Of a stretch of 64,000 nucleotides of DNA, positions 26,996 to 37,538 are shown piece after piece. The number at the start of each line of letters is the position of its first letter. The first letter of the stretch is position 1. Location: the NCBI GenBank assembly GCA_963818095.1, contig CAWFRA010000024.1, positions 121,432 through 185,431 on the forward strand. Direction: 5' to 3'. The notes beneath the pieces are model-generated. The model was not told the origin of the DNA and did no database searches. It saw only the letters and a program-made list of their open reading frames with translations. Source of the stretch: an uncultured delta proteobacterium. GTDB lineage: Bacteria; Desulfobacterota; Syntrophorhabdia; Syntrophorhabdales; WCHB1-27. The translations under genes and the position numbers were made by a program.

Positions 26996-28631
26996 ATGAG
27001 GCTATTCAGCGATGTCAGGACAGGATGCAGGCTGGCGACCGGGTTCGGCATAATCCTGTCGTTGATGATAACTATCGTCGTTACGGGGCTCGTCTACCTC
27101 AACCTGATGCACCGCACGGTCGAGCGGATAGTCAAGGTCAATACGGCCAAGATAAGCAGCGCCAACGACGCAAGGTCCGCTCTGGCCGATATCGGCCGGC
27201 TTGCCGAAAAGCTTGTCATGTCTCACGACGGCGCGACAGCCCTCGCAGCCGGGAAGAAGATTGAAGAGAAGGACGCCTCCTCGGCGGCGTCCGTCAGGGC
27301 GCTCGAATCCCTCGAGATCAACCCGGAAGGCAAGCGGCTCATAGCCGGGCTGAAGGAAGAGGGCGCAAAGGGCAAGGTACTGGCAGGCAGCGTCATTGCG
27401 CTGATCATGGACGGAAAACATGCTGAGGCGGTTGAGCGTTACGCAGGGCTCGCAGCGAGCCTTGAGGCGTCCATCCGCGTTGCGGAAGATATAGTCAGGT
27501 ACAATGAAGGGCGCATACAATACAGGTACGAAGAGGCGAAGGGCCGTTACTCCGCGGCCATGATCGTTTTCCTGGTGCTCGGCGCGGCCGCCCTGCTCGC
27601 CGGCGCTCTCCTGTCAAGGCGGACAACGCAGAGCATCACCGTGCCGCTGGCGCGCTGCTCGGAGCATATAGGCCTGATGTCGAAGGGCGACTTTTCCATA
27701 CCCGTTTCAGCGCACGCCCTCAGCCGCAAGGATGAAATGGGCGCTCTTGCCCGCTCGATGGACGTGATGAACACCAATCTCAGAAAGATGCTCGCGGACG
27801 TGGCGGCATCGGCCGAGGACGTCGCATCTGCAAGCGGGCAGATGAGCGTTGCGGCCAAACGGCTGTCCGAGGGCGCGAACGACCAGATGAACCGGGCGGC
27901 ACAGGTGGCGGCCGGCTCCGTCGAGATGGGCCAGACGTCCGGCGAGATCGCGAGCAACTCGAACTGTATGGCGGTATCGGCAAACGAGGCCGTGCAGGTG
28001 GCCAGGGGCGGGCAGGAGGTCGTGGACAAGGCCATCAGGGAAGTAAACGTGATCGCGGGGACTATGGAAACGACCCTGGGGTTTGTCAGGGACCTGGGCA
28101 GCCAGTCCGAAAAAATCGGAGACATCGTCACCACGATCAACGGTATCGCTGACCAGACGAACCTCCTGGCCCTGAATGCGGCAATCGAGGCGGCCAGGGC
28201 AGGGGAGCACGGCAGGGGCTTTTCCGTGGTGGCCGACGAAGTGAGGAAGCTCGCCGAGAGGACCGCCTCATCGACGACCGAGATAGCCCATATGATCAAC
28301 GCGATCAGGGAAGGCGTAGAGAAGACAATAACGTCGATGGACGGCGCGAAAGAGAAAGTCGCGGCCGGGGTCGAGTTCTCTTCTCAGGCGTCCGTCGCCC
28401 TTTCACGCATCATAGAGAGCATCGACCACCTTCACGGAGGCGTCCATCAGATAGCGGCGGCCACGGTGCAGATGAACATGACAACGGAGGAGATTGCGCA
28501 GGGACATCGACGGGATTTCCACGGTGACGAAGGAGACTTTCACTTCTTCAAAGGAGATGTCGGACGCAGCGACGAACCTGTCAGAGCTGTCGCGTTACCT
28601 GGAAGGCGCGACCCATTCGTTCAAAGTCTAG
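26996..28631 (+). CDS. Methyl-accepting chemotaxis protein (apparent frameshift near 28502)
   Basis: TM-periplasmic-TM-HAMP-MA architecture with the highly conserved [40 protein letters not shown]. After ...TTEEIAQ the natural tail ([42 protein letters not shown]) is in the next frame, ending at 28631. Confidence 0.85.
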
Positions 28632-28636
28632 CCCGT

Positions 28637-30311
28637 TTATACCTGCTGTTCCGTCACGAACTCCCTTATCTGCAGGTGCACGAAGCGCTCTCCCATCTGC
28701 TCCCTGAAGGCGGGGGAGGCAACCACCTGCACGCCGGGGACGTCCGGGACGTCAACGCCCCTCTGCAAAAATCCCTGCCAGACGCGGGACCTCCGGTCGG
28801 TGAGCCTGACTGACCTGTTGCCTGTAGTCGAGACGGCTGAAGGCGACAGGAGGAAGCCCGGCCGTGGGTTGCCGAAGCCGAAAGGCGCAAGCAGCTCCAG
28901 CGACTCCACAAGCTCGGCAGTCAGCTCCTCGAAGTCGACGACGCCATCGACCGCTACGATCTTCTCCGCCCCAACGAGTGCGGCCGCCACCGCTTTTTCG
29001 AAAGCGACGGGGAAGCTGTGCAGCGCGTCGTCGCGCAGGGAGAGGCCGCATGCGAATTTGTGGCCGCCGAACCGCAGGAGCAGGTCCGCCAGCGTGCTCA
29101 CGGTGCCGAAGAGGTCGAGGCCGGCGACGCCCCTGGCAGAGCCCTTCCACGTCCCGTCAACGCGGGTAAAGATGATGCACGGCTTGCCGGAGCTTTCGGC
29201 CAGCTTCTGAGCGGCTATGCCGATGACGCCGACGGGCCAGTCTTCTTTATATAACACGAGGCTTTGCTTCGCGGCTGCCCCGTTTGCCTCCATCATCTCC
29301 GTCGCCTCGCCTATGACTGCCCCCTCCATGTCCTGGCGCGTCCTGTTGGCGGTGTTAAGTGCGGAAAGAAGGGTGTCGCACTCCTCGATGCCGCCGGCAA
29401 TGAGGAAATCGAGGGCGGCCTTGGGGTGGGAGACGCGGCCGGCCGCGTTAATCCTGGGGATGATGATGAAGCTCAGCGCGTAGTTGTCGAGTTTTTGCCT
29501 GTAGATCATCTTCAGCCTGAAGAATGATTTGAGCCACTGCCTCGGCTGTTTCTCCATCATCTGCATGCCGAACTTGACTATCACGCGGTTGTCGCCGGTC
29601 AGGGGGACCATGTCGGCCACTGTCCCGAGGGCGGCCAGGTCGAGCTGGCGCTTCAGGTTGATGGGAGCGCGGAGCATGCCGCGCGAGTCCATGACCCTCC
29701 GGAGCGCGATAAGGAAAAAGAATGCCACGCCGCACGCCGCAAGCTCGCGCGTCGGGAATACGGAGTCCTTTCGCTTGGGGTTGACCAGGGCAGCAGCAGC
29801 GGGGAGGGGGTCGGTCGTCTCGTGGTGGTCTATGACCACGACGTCCATGCCGAGGCTGTTGGCAAGCTCGACCTCGGCTACGTTTGACGAGCCGCAGTCG
29901 AGGCAGACCAGCAAGTCTACGCCCCTGCCGCGAAGCTCTTTGACCGCCTGCGCGTTGAGCCCGTAACCCTCTTCCCGGCCAGGCAGGTAGACTTCCGGGT
30001 GCACGCCGGCCTCCACGAGGAAGTTGAGCACGAGGGCCGTCGCAGTTATGCCGTCCGCGTCATAATCGCCGAAGAGGCCTATCCGCCTGCCCGACTTCAC
30101 GGCGCCGGCGACCGCGTCTACGGCCAGCGGCCATGTCGGGCAGGGAGAAGGGGTCGGAGAGGTGCTCTATCTTCGGATAGAGGAAGCGCTCCGCGTCCTC
30201 GCACGTTCCGATGCCCCGCGATGCCAGGATGCGCGCCACGATGGGCGGGAGCTTCAGGCCGTCTTCGAGCAGGGCGGCGACGTGCGCATCGTGTTCAGCG
30301 ATTTTGAGCAA
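28637..30311 (-). CDS. recJ: Single-stranded-DNA-specific exonuclease RecJ (apparent frameshift near 30127)
   Basis: ORF 28637..30100 has DHH motifs ([20 protein letters not shown]). The N-terminus (ORF 30060..30311: ...ILASRGI...[20 protein letters not shown]) joins it after a 1-nt frame change (…[22 protein letters not shown]). Confidence 0.85.
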
Positions 30312-31206
30312 GCGCCTTCCCTTTGATCGCGTCTATCCCTGATATATGATGTGAATCGAGATACTTCCCGATGCCTTTTACGATCCTGGGTATGGCGAAG
30401 GGGTCGATGAGCGTTGCAGTGCCCACCTGGACTGCGGCTGCCCCGGCCATGATGAATGCGATGGCGTCGGAGGCGTCCATGATGCCGCCCGTGCCGATGA
30501 CAGGGATCGGGATTGACGACGCGATGTCCGCAACTGCGCGCAGGGCAATGGGCTTCAGGAAAGGCCCGGAGAGGCCGCCCCTCGCAGCTATCTTCTTGCC
30601 TTCGAGGTCTATGGCTGTCGCCGGAAGGGTGTTGAATACGGTGACCCCGTCCGCGCCTGCGTCATACGCCGCCCGCGCTATGTCCACGATGTTGGCCACT
30701 TCAGGGGTGAGCTTCGCCAAAAGGGGCAGGCGCGTGACGCCTTTGATGCGCCTGACGACCCTGTAGACGTCATCCGGGTTCTTCCCCATACAGATGCCGC
30801 CCTGCTTGATGTTGGGGCAGGAGAGGTTCATCTCCAGGGCGCAGACGAAGTCGTCTTCAGGGACGGCCTCGGCGCACTGCGCGTACTCGTCTTCCGAGAA
30901 CCCGAAAAAATTGACTATGACCGGCGTCTGCCTTTTTTTGAAGAGGGGAAAGACCTCCTCGAAGAAGCGATGGACCCCGATGTTCTGGAGGCCGATGCTG
31001 TTCATGAGGCCCGACCTGTCCTCCCAGATGCGCGGCTGCGGGTTGCCGTGGTGGGGCAGAGCGGAGAGGCCTTTGGACACATGGGCGCCCAGAGTATCCA
31101 GGGGCCAGAAAGGCTCGATTTCCACGCCATAGCCCAGCGTGCCCGACGCGTTCATGACCGGGTTGCGCAGGCGCTTTCCGAAGAGGGTTACAGAGATATC
31201 CGCCAT
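30295..31206 (-). CDS. pyrD: Dihydroorotate dehydrogenase, class 1B catalytic subunit
   Basis: 303-aa ORF: ...NPVMNASGT...NLSCPN...GGLSG...GTGGI..., followed upstream by pyrK. Confidence 0.9.
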   Translation of the reverse strand: MADISVTLFGKRLRNPVMNASGTLGYGVEIEPFWPLDTLGAHVSKGLSALPHHGNPQPRIWEDRSGLMNSIGLQNIGVHRFFEEVFPLFKKRQTPVIVNFFGFSEDEYAQCAEAVPEDDFVCALEMNLSCPNIKQGGICMGKNPDDVYRVVRRIKGVTRLPLLAKLTPEVANIVDIARAAYDAGADGVTVFNTLPATAIDLEGKKIAARGGLSGPFLKPIALRAVADIASSIPIPVIGTGGIMDASDAIAFIMAGAAAVQVGTATLIDPFAIPRIVKGIGKYLDSHHISGIDAIKGKALAQNR

Positions 31207-31955
31207 ATATCGAAGACCGGTCCTTCCTTGCAGACCCGCTTGTAGGGTTCTTTTTCATCGTCCGTTTTCCGGACGCAGCCGAAGCAGACGCCGAAGCCGC
31301 AGGCCATGCGCTCTTCGAGCGATACCTGGCACGGTATGCGTTCTTTACCCAGGAGGCCCGCGAGGCTCCTGTACATCGCCTCCGGCCCGCACGCGAATAC
31401 CTGGAATGGTTTCTTGATCTCTCCCATGCGGTCGGCCAGCAGGTCTACAACGTTGCCCCGGCAGCCGAACGAGCCGTCTATCGTAGAGATATAGGGCTCG
31501 CACTCCGCGATGCGGCCGAGCAGGCCCACATCGTCTGCGGACGTGCAGCCCCAGAAGAGGGACGCCTTGTTTTTCATGCGCGCCCACAACAGATGGACCC
31601 CGGCGATCCCTATGCCGCCTGCCACGATCACGGGCGTATGGCCGGGAAGGGGAGTGAAGCCGTTGCCTAAGGGCCCAAGCACGGTGAGCCTTGCCCCGCG
31701 CACCATGCCCCCGAGATGCGCTGTCCCCGCGCCTGCGACCCTGTAAAGGATGCGGAGGACCGACCTGCCGTAGTCGTAGATGCTGAACGGGCGGCGCAGG
31801 AAGACGCCTTCCCCGCCTGTCCTGACCATCACGAACTGGCCGGGTGAGGGCGCATGCATAGGCCTGTCCAGCCTGACTGCGGCCAGGTAGTGGCCCGGTA
31901 CGACAAGCTGGTTTTGAATGATCGTGCCTTCTATGTCGTCGATAGGATTTATCAT
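31188..31955 (-). CDS. pyrK: Dihydroorotate dehydrogenase electron-transfer subunit
   Basis: 255-aa FAD/NAD-binding ferredoxin-reductase-like ORF with the C-terminal 2Fe-2S Cys motif MACGFGVCFGC. Adjacent to pyrD. Confidence 0.85.
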   Translation of the reverse strand: MINPIDDIEGTIIQNQLVVPGHYLAAVRLDRPMHAPSPGQFVMVRTGGEGVFLRRPFSIYDYGRSVLRILYRVAGAGTAHLGGMVRGARLTVLGPLGNGFTPLPGHTPVIVAGGIGIAGVHLLWARMKNKASLFWGCTSADDVGLLGRIAECEPYISTIDGSFGCRGNVVDLLADRMGEIKKPFQVFACGPEAMYRSLAGLLGKERIPCQVSLEERMACGFGVCFGCVRKTDDEKEPYKRVCKEGPVFDIWRISL

Positions 31956-32419
31956 TCCGCTTTCAACTGCATAACGAGGGCGTCCTCGTTCGTCTCCGTG
32001 TAATATCTTTTCCTCCGGCCGACCTTCCTGAAACCGAGCTTCTTGTAGAGCTGGAGTGCGTGCGCGTTGCCCTCGCGCACTTCCAGGAAGAAGTCCCGCG
32101 CGCCCCGGCTCTTCAGGATGTCGATGGAGCGACCGAGCAGCAGGCCCGCGCAGCCCTGATTCCTTTCTTCCGGCGCGATGGCGACGTTCAATACCTGCAC
32201 CTCGCCGGCTATCACGTAGAAGTTTGCATAACCCATGACCTTCTTGTCAATCTTTTTCATCAGGATGACGCTCATGGAGAATGGGAAGGTCATCGTTTCG
32301 CGGAACAGTTTCCGCGACCACGGCGCTGCGAAGGAGCGGTGCTCGATGCCCAGCACCTCGTCGAGGTGCTCTTCCTTCATCTCGACTATCTCGACATCAG
32401 GGAAGGAGTCTTTCTGCAC
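31952..32419 (-). CDS. rimI: GNAT N-acetyltransferase, RimI-like
   Basis: 155 aa with the acetyl-CoA motif RNQGCAGLLL and overall RimI-like size. Confidence 0.7.
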   Translation of the reverse strand: MQKDSFPDVEIVEMKEEHLDEVLGIEHRSFAAPWSRKLFRETMTFPFSMSVILMKKIDKKVMGYANFYVIAGEVQVLNVAIAPEERNQGCAGLLLGRSIDILKSRGARDFFLEVREGNAHALQLYKKLGFRKVGRRKRYYTETNEDALVMQLKAE

Positions 32420-32978
32420 GCTTCAGGTCCTCCTCCGTGTTGACGTTGTCGAAGACAGAGACGCCGTCAGCCATAAACAGCGGGCAAAACGGGAGTATCT
32501 TTACTGAGAGCATGGGAAAAACGCCGGTCACCTTCATCCTGCGCCGCTCGATTGCGGTCAGCATCGGCGAAATGCAGCTTCTTGCATAGAGGGCGTGCAT
32601 CGGCTCGAGCCCGCCTTTGGTCCTCGGCACGACTACGTCCCCGCCGTCGTAGGCGTCGAGGACATAGCGTATCGACTCCGGCCTGACGAACGGCATGTCG
32701 CACCCCATGATGAAGACAGCCGGAGAATCGGCGTACATCAGGGCGGAGACGATGCCGGTCAGCGAGCCGGGGACGGGCAGGATATCGGCGATAATGGGCG
32801 CGTCAACGCCTTCGATGGCGTTGTGGATGCTCGACACGACGACGATCCTCTCAAACACCTTACGGGCGATGTCGTAAACGTGCTTGACGAGGAACGTATC
32901 GCCTATCAGGGCCGTCGCCTTGTCGTGGCCCATCCGTCTGCTCCTGCCCCCGGAGAGTATGGCGCAGGTGACTTCCAT
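32397..32978 (-). CDS. mobA: Molybdenum cofactor guanylyltransferase
   Basis: Start chosen at ATG 32978 (MEVTCAILSGGRSRRMGHDKA, the MobA LAGG-like N-terminal motif). The ORF track extends to 33038. Confidence 0.75.
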   Translation of the reverse strand: MEVTCAILSGGRSRRMGHDKATALIGDTFLVKHVYDIARKVFERIVVVSSIHNAIEGVDAPIIADILPVPGSLTGIVSALMYADSPAVFIMGCDMPFVRPESIRYVLDAYDGGDVVVPRTKGGLEPMHALYARSCISPMLTAIERRRMKVTGVFPMLSVKILPFCPLFMADGVSVFDNVNTEEDLKRAERLLP

Positions 32979-33174
32979 CGATTCAAATTTAACACCTTTA
33001 AGTGCCGGCAGTAAAGCGCACCCGGCGGAAGAGAGCACAGAATTACTACAGCGCCAGGCTGTTGTCTATGGCGGGGAACCGGTTTTTATAGAAGACTCTG
33101 GCCGGTTCTCGACAAATCGAAGCGGCCATTGTAGATTATAGCAGCGATAAGATTGTCGGACAAAGGGGTCATTC

Positions 33175-33639
33175 GTGGATATTACAGGGTCGGAGCAAAA
33201 AGGGGTGCGAGGCTGGCTGCTGTTGCTCTGCCTCAACCTGACGATCCTCGACCCGATGGCCGTCCTCGTCAACCTCTTCACTGTGAGCGAGGTGGCGAGG
33301 CCTTATTTCGGCCAGCAGCCTGGGCTCTTCCATCTCATAATGGTCAACGGAATAGTTGGGATAGCACTGGCGGTTTTCAGCCTCTATACAGGCGTGTCGC
33401 TCTTCAGGCGCACACCGGGCGCGCCTCAAACGGCCCGCTGGTACTTCGCCGCCATATCGGCTTATGCGGTCGTATCGCCTTTTCTTCCTTTCCTTCTGCG
33501 CTCGGAGCAGCTTTCAAACCGGGAAACCCTGTATATAAACTCCCTCAATTCCTTTTTCACCCTGATCTATGCGGGCGCGTGGCGGCTCTATTTGAAGAAG
33601 TCGAAGAGGGTGCGCGAAACCTACGGCCCTGACGCCTAG
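33175..33639 (+). CDS. Small polytopic membrane protein, function unknown (DUF2569-like)
   Basis: 154-aa ORF with about 4 hydrophobic segments. The family assignment is from memory only. Confidence 0.5.
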   Translation: MDITGSEQKGVRGWLLLLCLNLTILDPMAVLVNLFTVSEVARPYFGQQPGLFHLIMVNGIVGIALAVFSLYTGVSLFRRTPGAPQTARWYFAAISAYAVVSPFLPFLLRSEQLSNRETLYINSLNSFFTLIYAGAWRLYLKKSKRVRETYGPDA

Positions 33640-34787
33640 CGGAAGTGGTGGTCTTTCCATTCGTCCGCCGCGATATCGACTAACGGTGCGGACGTCTCCT
33701 CCCAGGGGCTTCTCTGCCAGTCCGGGGCTTTGTCCGTTTCCGCTATCCAGGGCGGCACGGCGAGAATGAAATGACGGGCCAGGGCCTCGACATACGGCTC
33801 GTAGAGGCTGCGAAGCACGGTCAGCTTGCTCTCGGCGTCGGCCGGGTCGTCCAATGGGAGGCCGGTCGCCTCAAAAGCGGCTTTCAGCCGCAGGAAACCC
33901 CTTTCATCCAACCTGTCTCTTTTCGGCCTTTCGGGCGGCCTGTTGAAGACTACGGCCAGATCGACGACCGCGTGGCGGGCTATGGCGAAGGTCCGCTGCG
34001 CCTGCCTGGCGGCCAGCCCGCTTGTGAATGACATGAGGACTGCCGAGACGTCGAGCATCACGGTTAGGGCGGCCAGCCACGACTGGTCGTCGTGCTGCGA
34101 CCTGTAGTAGGCGAGGACCGGATAGGAGAGATGGCTTTCGAGAAGCTCGGCGCACCACCTTTCCCACTGGCTGAGCTGGTCCCGCAGCTCTTCCATTCCC
34201 CCTTCGTGGTCATGCCTCTCCAGCATGCAGGCTGCGCTGGGCGGAGAGCCGGCCCTGGCGTCGAGCATTGAGATATCCGCCTCGCGGCGCGAGAACGACT
34301 GGTTAAGGGCGGGCAGATAAGCGATGAGCAGGGCGAGGAAGCCGAAGCCGAGCCCCGCCTCCGCGACCGTTAGCAGTCGCGCCCCTGTCGAGGTAGGCCT
34401 TATGTCTCCGAGGCCCAGTGTAAAGAAGGTAGTGCCGCTTACGTAGAGGTCGGAGACGAAGTGGTGTTCGCCCCCGCCTGCGAAAGAAGCGCCGAGTGAA
34501 TAGTCGATCATGGCGAAGCCGAAGACGAGCGTGGACGCCCAGACGACAACAAGGAAGAGCAGCGACAGGGGGCCGTAGTAGGCGAGCATGTTTTCCTGGC
34601 GGCGGCTCGACAGGAACCTCCGGGCGGGGACGCGCCATAGAAGCCAGGTGGCCCGGTAGAAGAGCCGGGTGAGCCTCAGGCGGCGGCTGACGCGGCGGGG
34701 CAGCACGATCGTCTCGAAGCCGTCCCACAGGACAATGGCGACAAGGACCATCGCGGCAATAGCAATCGAAATGGCGATCGGGTCCAC
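33636..34787 (-). CDS. Two-TM potassium-channel-like protein with large cytoplasmic C-terminal domain
   Basis: 383 aa with a pore-like sequence TTFFTLGLGDIRP (a TxGxGD selectivity-filter variant) between hydrophobic helices. Confidence 0.7.
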   Translation of the reverse strand: MDPIAISIAIAAMVLVAIVLWDGFETIVLPRRVSRRLRLTRLFYRATWLLWRVPARRFLSSRRQENMLAYYGPLSLLFLVVVWASTLVFGFAMIDYSLGASFAGGGEHHFVSDLYVSGTTFFTLGLGDIRPTSTGARLLTVAEAGLGFGFLALLIAYLPALNQSFSRREADISMLDARAGSPPSAACMLERHDHEGGMEELRDQLSQWERWCAELLESHLSYPVLAYYRSQHDDQSWLAALTVMLDVSAVLMSFTSGLAARQAQRTFAIARHAVVDLAVVFNRPPERPKRDRLDERGFLRLKAAFEATGLPLDDPADAESKLTVLRSLYEPYVEALARHFILAVPPWIAETDKAPDWQRSPWEETSAPLVDIAADEWKDHHFR

Positions 34788-34826
34788 TCCTAAGAGATAA
34801 CTCTATTGGGCCGGGCAGTCAAGCAA

Positions 34827-34992
34827 TTACTGGGGCTCAGCGCCCCCTCGCCGGGCAAAGCCCGTGCGAGCCTCCCCCCTCGGCGCGGCGCTTTGCTTGC
34901 TTTGTACAGTTACTGGGGTTCAGCACCCCCTCCAGCGGCAAAGCCCGTGGAGCCTCCCCCCTCAGCGCGGCGCTTCGCTTGCTTTATTTTAG
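34827..34992. repeat. Tandem direct repeat, 2 x 83 bp, intergenic
   Basis: TTACTGGGGCTCAGCGCCCCCTCGCCGGGCAAAGCCCGTGCGAGCCTCCCCCCTCGGCGCGGCGCTTTGCTTGCTTTGTACAG (from 34827) recurs from 34910 with roughly 10 substitutions. Each unit has internal GC-rich dyad symmetry (AGCGCC...GGCGCT). Confidence 0.8.
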
Positions 34993-35030
34993 CCGAGGGC
35001 CAGGGCCACGGCATGCCCGACCGGCGGCGG

Positions 35031-35080
35031 ATAAAAAGCCGAAGGACCGTACCCGGCTCACCGGGTGCGGTCCTTCGGCT
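35031..35080 (-). terminator. Intrinsic terminator after dctP
   Basis: 13-bp perfect stem AGCCGAAGGACCG / CGGTCCTTCGGCT enclosing a second stem ACCCGG/CCGGGT. On the minus strand it is followed by TTTTTAT. Confidence 0.6.
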
Positions 35081-35096
35081 CACAACAGGTGCGATG

Positions 35097-36158
35097 CTAG
35101 TAGGTAAACGGGGTAGGTATTTTTTTGGCCTTTTCCTGCCCCTTCCAATATTCTATTCTCTCTTTGATGAACGCCAGCCAACCATCCACCTCGGCCGGCT
35201 TGAAGCCCTTCGATACCATGTCCTTTTTGAAGTCGGCTATCACGGGCTGGACGGCCTTTACCCATTTGGCGCTCTCCGCTTCCGTTATGGGGATGTCCTT
35301 CCCTCCCTGCTTGAGGAAGAAGTTCCTTCCTTCTATATCGATATTATTAAAGCCTACGGCATATTTCTCAATGAACTCCTTACCTACGTCGGTGATTATC
35401 TTCTGCTCTGCCGGGGGCAGTGCGTTCCATTTCGCCTTGTTCATTATTATGTAGAAGGCATAGACGCTGCCCACTTTCCATGAATCCGTGTTGTACTTCA
35501 GCAGCTCGCCGGTTTTGAAGCCTTTGTAAGTCTCCATGGTCAGGTAGGCCCCGTCCACTACGCCCCTCCTGATCGCCTCGTACAGGTCGGGCGTCTCTAT
35601 CGGCATGGGGACTGCGCCGAGGGCGCGGACGATGTCTCCGCTCCTGCCCGTGCCCCTGATCTTCATTCCTTTCATGTCTTCAAGCTTGTTCACGGGCTTG
35701 CTCACCGTCTGGATAACGTTGACCGGGCTGGTCGTGAAAAGGATAGGATGGTAAGTGTCCCATTCCTTCGGCTTGAATGTCTCGTAGAAATCGTTGGCTA
35801 CATGGGTGGCTATCCAGCTGCTCGGGAAGCCGAGAGGCAGCTCCATGATCTCCATAACGGGGAAGCGGCCCCTGGAATACGAACAATGGGAGAAACCGAT
35901 GTCGGCGATGCCCGTGGCGACCCCGGCTGCCATCTTGGTAGCCGACAGGAGCGTGCCGCCCGTGTACGGCGTGACTATGAGCTTGCCGCCCGATCTTTTG
36001 TTGACCTCATCGCAGAAATTGGTCATCAGGATAGAAACCATGTGCACCGGCGGATGGTAGCCGGCGAACTGTAGCCTTATCGTCGCGGCGCCGGCAGGGG
36101 TATAGACTGCCAGGACCAGGGCGATGCAGCAGACTGCTAACATAAATCTTCTTACCAT
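35097..36158 (-). CDS. dctP: TRAP transporter substrate-binding protein
   Basis: DctP-family sequence with a signal peptide (MVRRFMLAVCCIALVLAVYTPAGA). Start chosen at ATG 36158, preceded by GAGGAGGAGCAC. Confidence 0.85.
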   Translation of the reverse strand: MVRRFMLAVCCIALVLAVYTPAGAATIRLQFAGYHPPVHMVSILMTNFCDEVNKRSGGKLIVTPYTGGTLLSATKMAAGVATGIADIGFSHCSYSRGRFPVMEIMELPLGFPSSWIATHVANDFYETFKPKEWDTYHPILFTTSPVNVIQTVSKPVNKLEDMKGMKIRGTGRSGDIVRALGAVPMPIETPDLYEAIRRGVVDGAYLTMETYKGFKTGELLKYNTDSWKVGSVYAFYIIMNKAKWNALPPAEQKIITDVGKEFIEKYAVGFNNIDIEGRNFFLKQGGKDIPITEAESAKWVKAVQPVIADFKKDMVSKGFKPAEVDGWLAFIKERIEYWKGQEKAKKIPTPFTY

Positions 36159-36233
36159 GTGCTCCTCCTCTTTATAATTGTGTTGACCCAACGTATTTGC
36201 ATTTAATATCTCCTGTTCGCCCGTGCGTCCTTC

Positions 36234-37538
36234 TTACTTGAAGAAGAGCGACGGGAGCCAGAGCGCGAGCTGCGGGAAGGCCAGCATCATGCCCCAGACG
36301 ACGACCAGGGAGAGGAGAAAGGGCGTGACCCCTCTATATATCCTACCCATCGGCTCCTTGGTGATGTTCTTCACCACGAAGACGCAAATGGCGACCGGCG
36401 GAATGACTACGCCTATCATGACCACGACGCCGATTGTGATGCCGAACCAGATGGGGTCGAAGCCCAGCTTGAGCACGGCAGGGTAGAATATGGGGGTCGC
36501 CAGTATCATGAAGGCGAGGTCGTCTATGAAAGAGCCGCCGATCTCGTACACCAGGCATATCATTATCATGATGACGTAGCGGTTCAGGGGGAGGCCGACC
36601 ACCCAGTCGGCCACCTGCTGCGGGATGCCCGTCACGGCGATGAAATGGCCCAGGATCGTGGACCCGGCTATCAGCATAAGGAGCATGCCCGCCGTGCTGA
36701 TTGCTTCTGAAATGGAGGCCGCGTATTTCTTGAAACTGAGGTTCCGCTTCAGGACGGAAAGGGCCAGGACTGCGAAGGTGCCTATTGCGCCTGCCTCGGA
36801 CGGCGTGAAGAAGCCCGCCATTATGCCGCCGACCACGAGACAGAAAACGACCAGTATCCACATAACCTCAGGCAAAGACCTGATCCTGGCGCCCCAGGTG
36901 GACTTCTCCGATCTCGGGGCGAGCTTCGGGTTGATGCGCGCCCAGCCGTAAATGATCCCGATGAAGAAAAGGGCGATGATAAGCCCGGGGAGGATGCCCG
37001 CCAGAAAAAGCTGGCCTATCGATTGCTCGGTCAGGATGCCGTATATGATGAGGACGACCGAAGGCGGTATGATGACGCCCAGGGTGCCCACCGTAGCGAC
37101 GATGCCCGTTGACAGCCTCCTGTCATAGTTGAACCTGTCCATCTCAGGGATGGCCACGCTCGCAAAGGTGGCGGAGGTGGCGGCCGAAGAGCCGCATATG
37201 GCCTTGAAGCCCGTAGCGCCGAGGACGGTGGCCATTGCGAGGCCTCCGGGGATATGGCCGATGAACTTATTCGCCGAGTTGTAGAGCCGCACCGCAATGC
37301 CTGCGTGAAAGCCGATTTGTCCCATGAGTATAAAGAGAGGGAAGACCGTGTAGCCGTAATTGGTAATGACGTCGAAGAGGTCCCTGCTAAGTAGGTTCAT
37401 GGCGGACGGGAAGCCCTTCAGGTAGGCGAACCCGGCGAACCCTATCAGGGCCATGGCGAAACCGAGCTCTATGCCGGTGGCAAAAAGCAAAAGGAGCGCT
37501 GCGAGCGCTGCAATGCCGATAATGCTGATCTCATTCAT
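36234..37538 (-). CDS. dctM: TRAP transporter large permease
   Basis: 434-aa polytopic membrane ORF of DctM type. It overlaps the dctQ stop. Confidence 0.9.
   Translation of the reverse strand: MNEISIIGIAALAALLLLFATGIELGFAMALIGFAGFAYLKGFPSAMNLLSRDLFDVITNYGYTVFPLFILMGQIGFHAGIAVRLYNSANKFIGHIPGGLAMATVLGATGFKAICGSSAATSATFASVAIPEMDRFNYDRRLSTGIVATVGTLGVIIPPSVVLIIYGILTEQSIGQLFLAGILPGLIIALFFIGIIYGWARINPKLAPRSEKSTWGARIRSLPEVMWILVVFCLVVGGIMAGFFTPSEAGAIGTFAVLALSVLKRNLSFKKYAASISEAISTAGMLLMLIAGSTILGHFIAVTGIPQQVADWVVGLPLNRYVIMIMICLVYEIGGSFIDDLAFMILATPIFYPAVLKLGFDPIWFGITIGVVVMIGVVIPPVAICVFVVKNITKEPMGRIYRGVTPFLLSLVVVWGMMLAFPQLALWLPSLFFK

Noticed and set aside
34806-35483. 225-aa plus-strand ORF spanning the 83-bp tandem repeats, the terminator and the 3' end of dctP.
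   Set aside because: It runs through non-coding repeats and a terminator hairpin and is antisense to dctP. Its composition is not protein-like.
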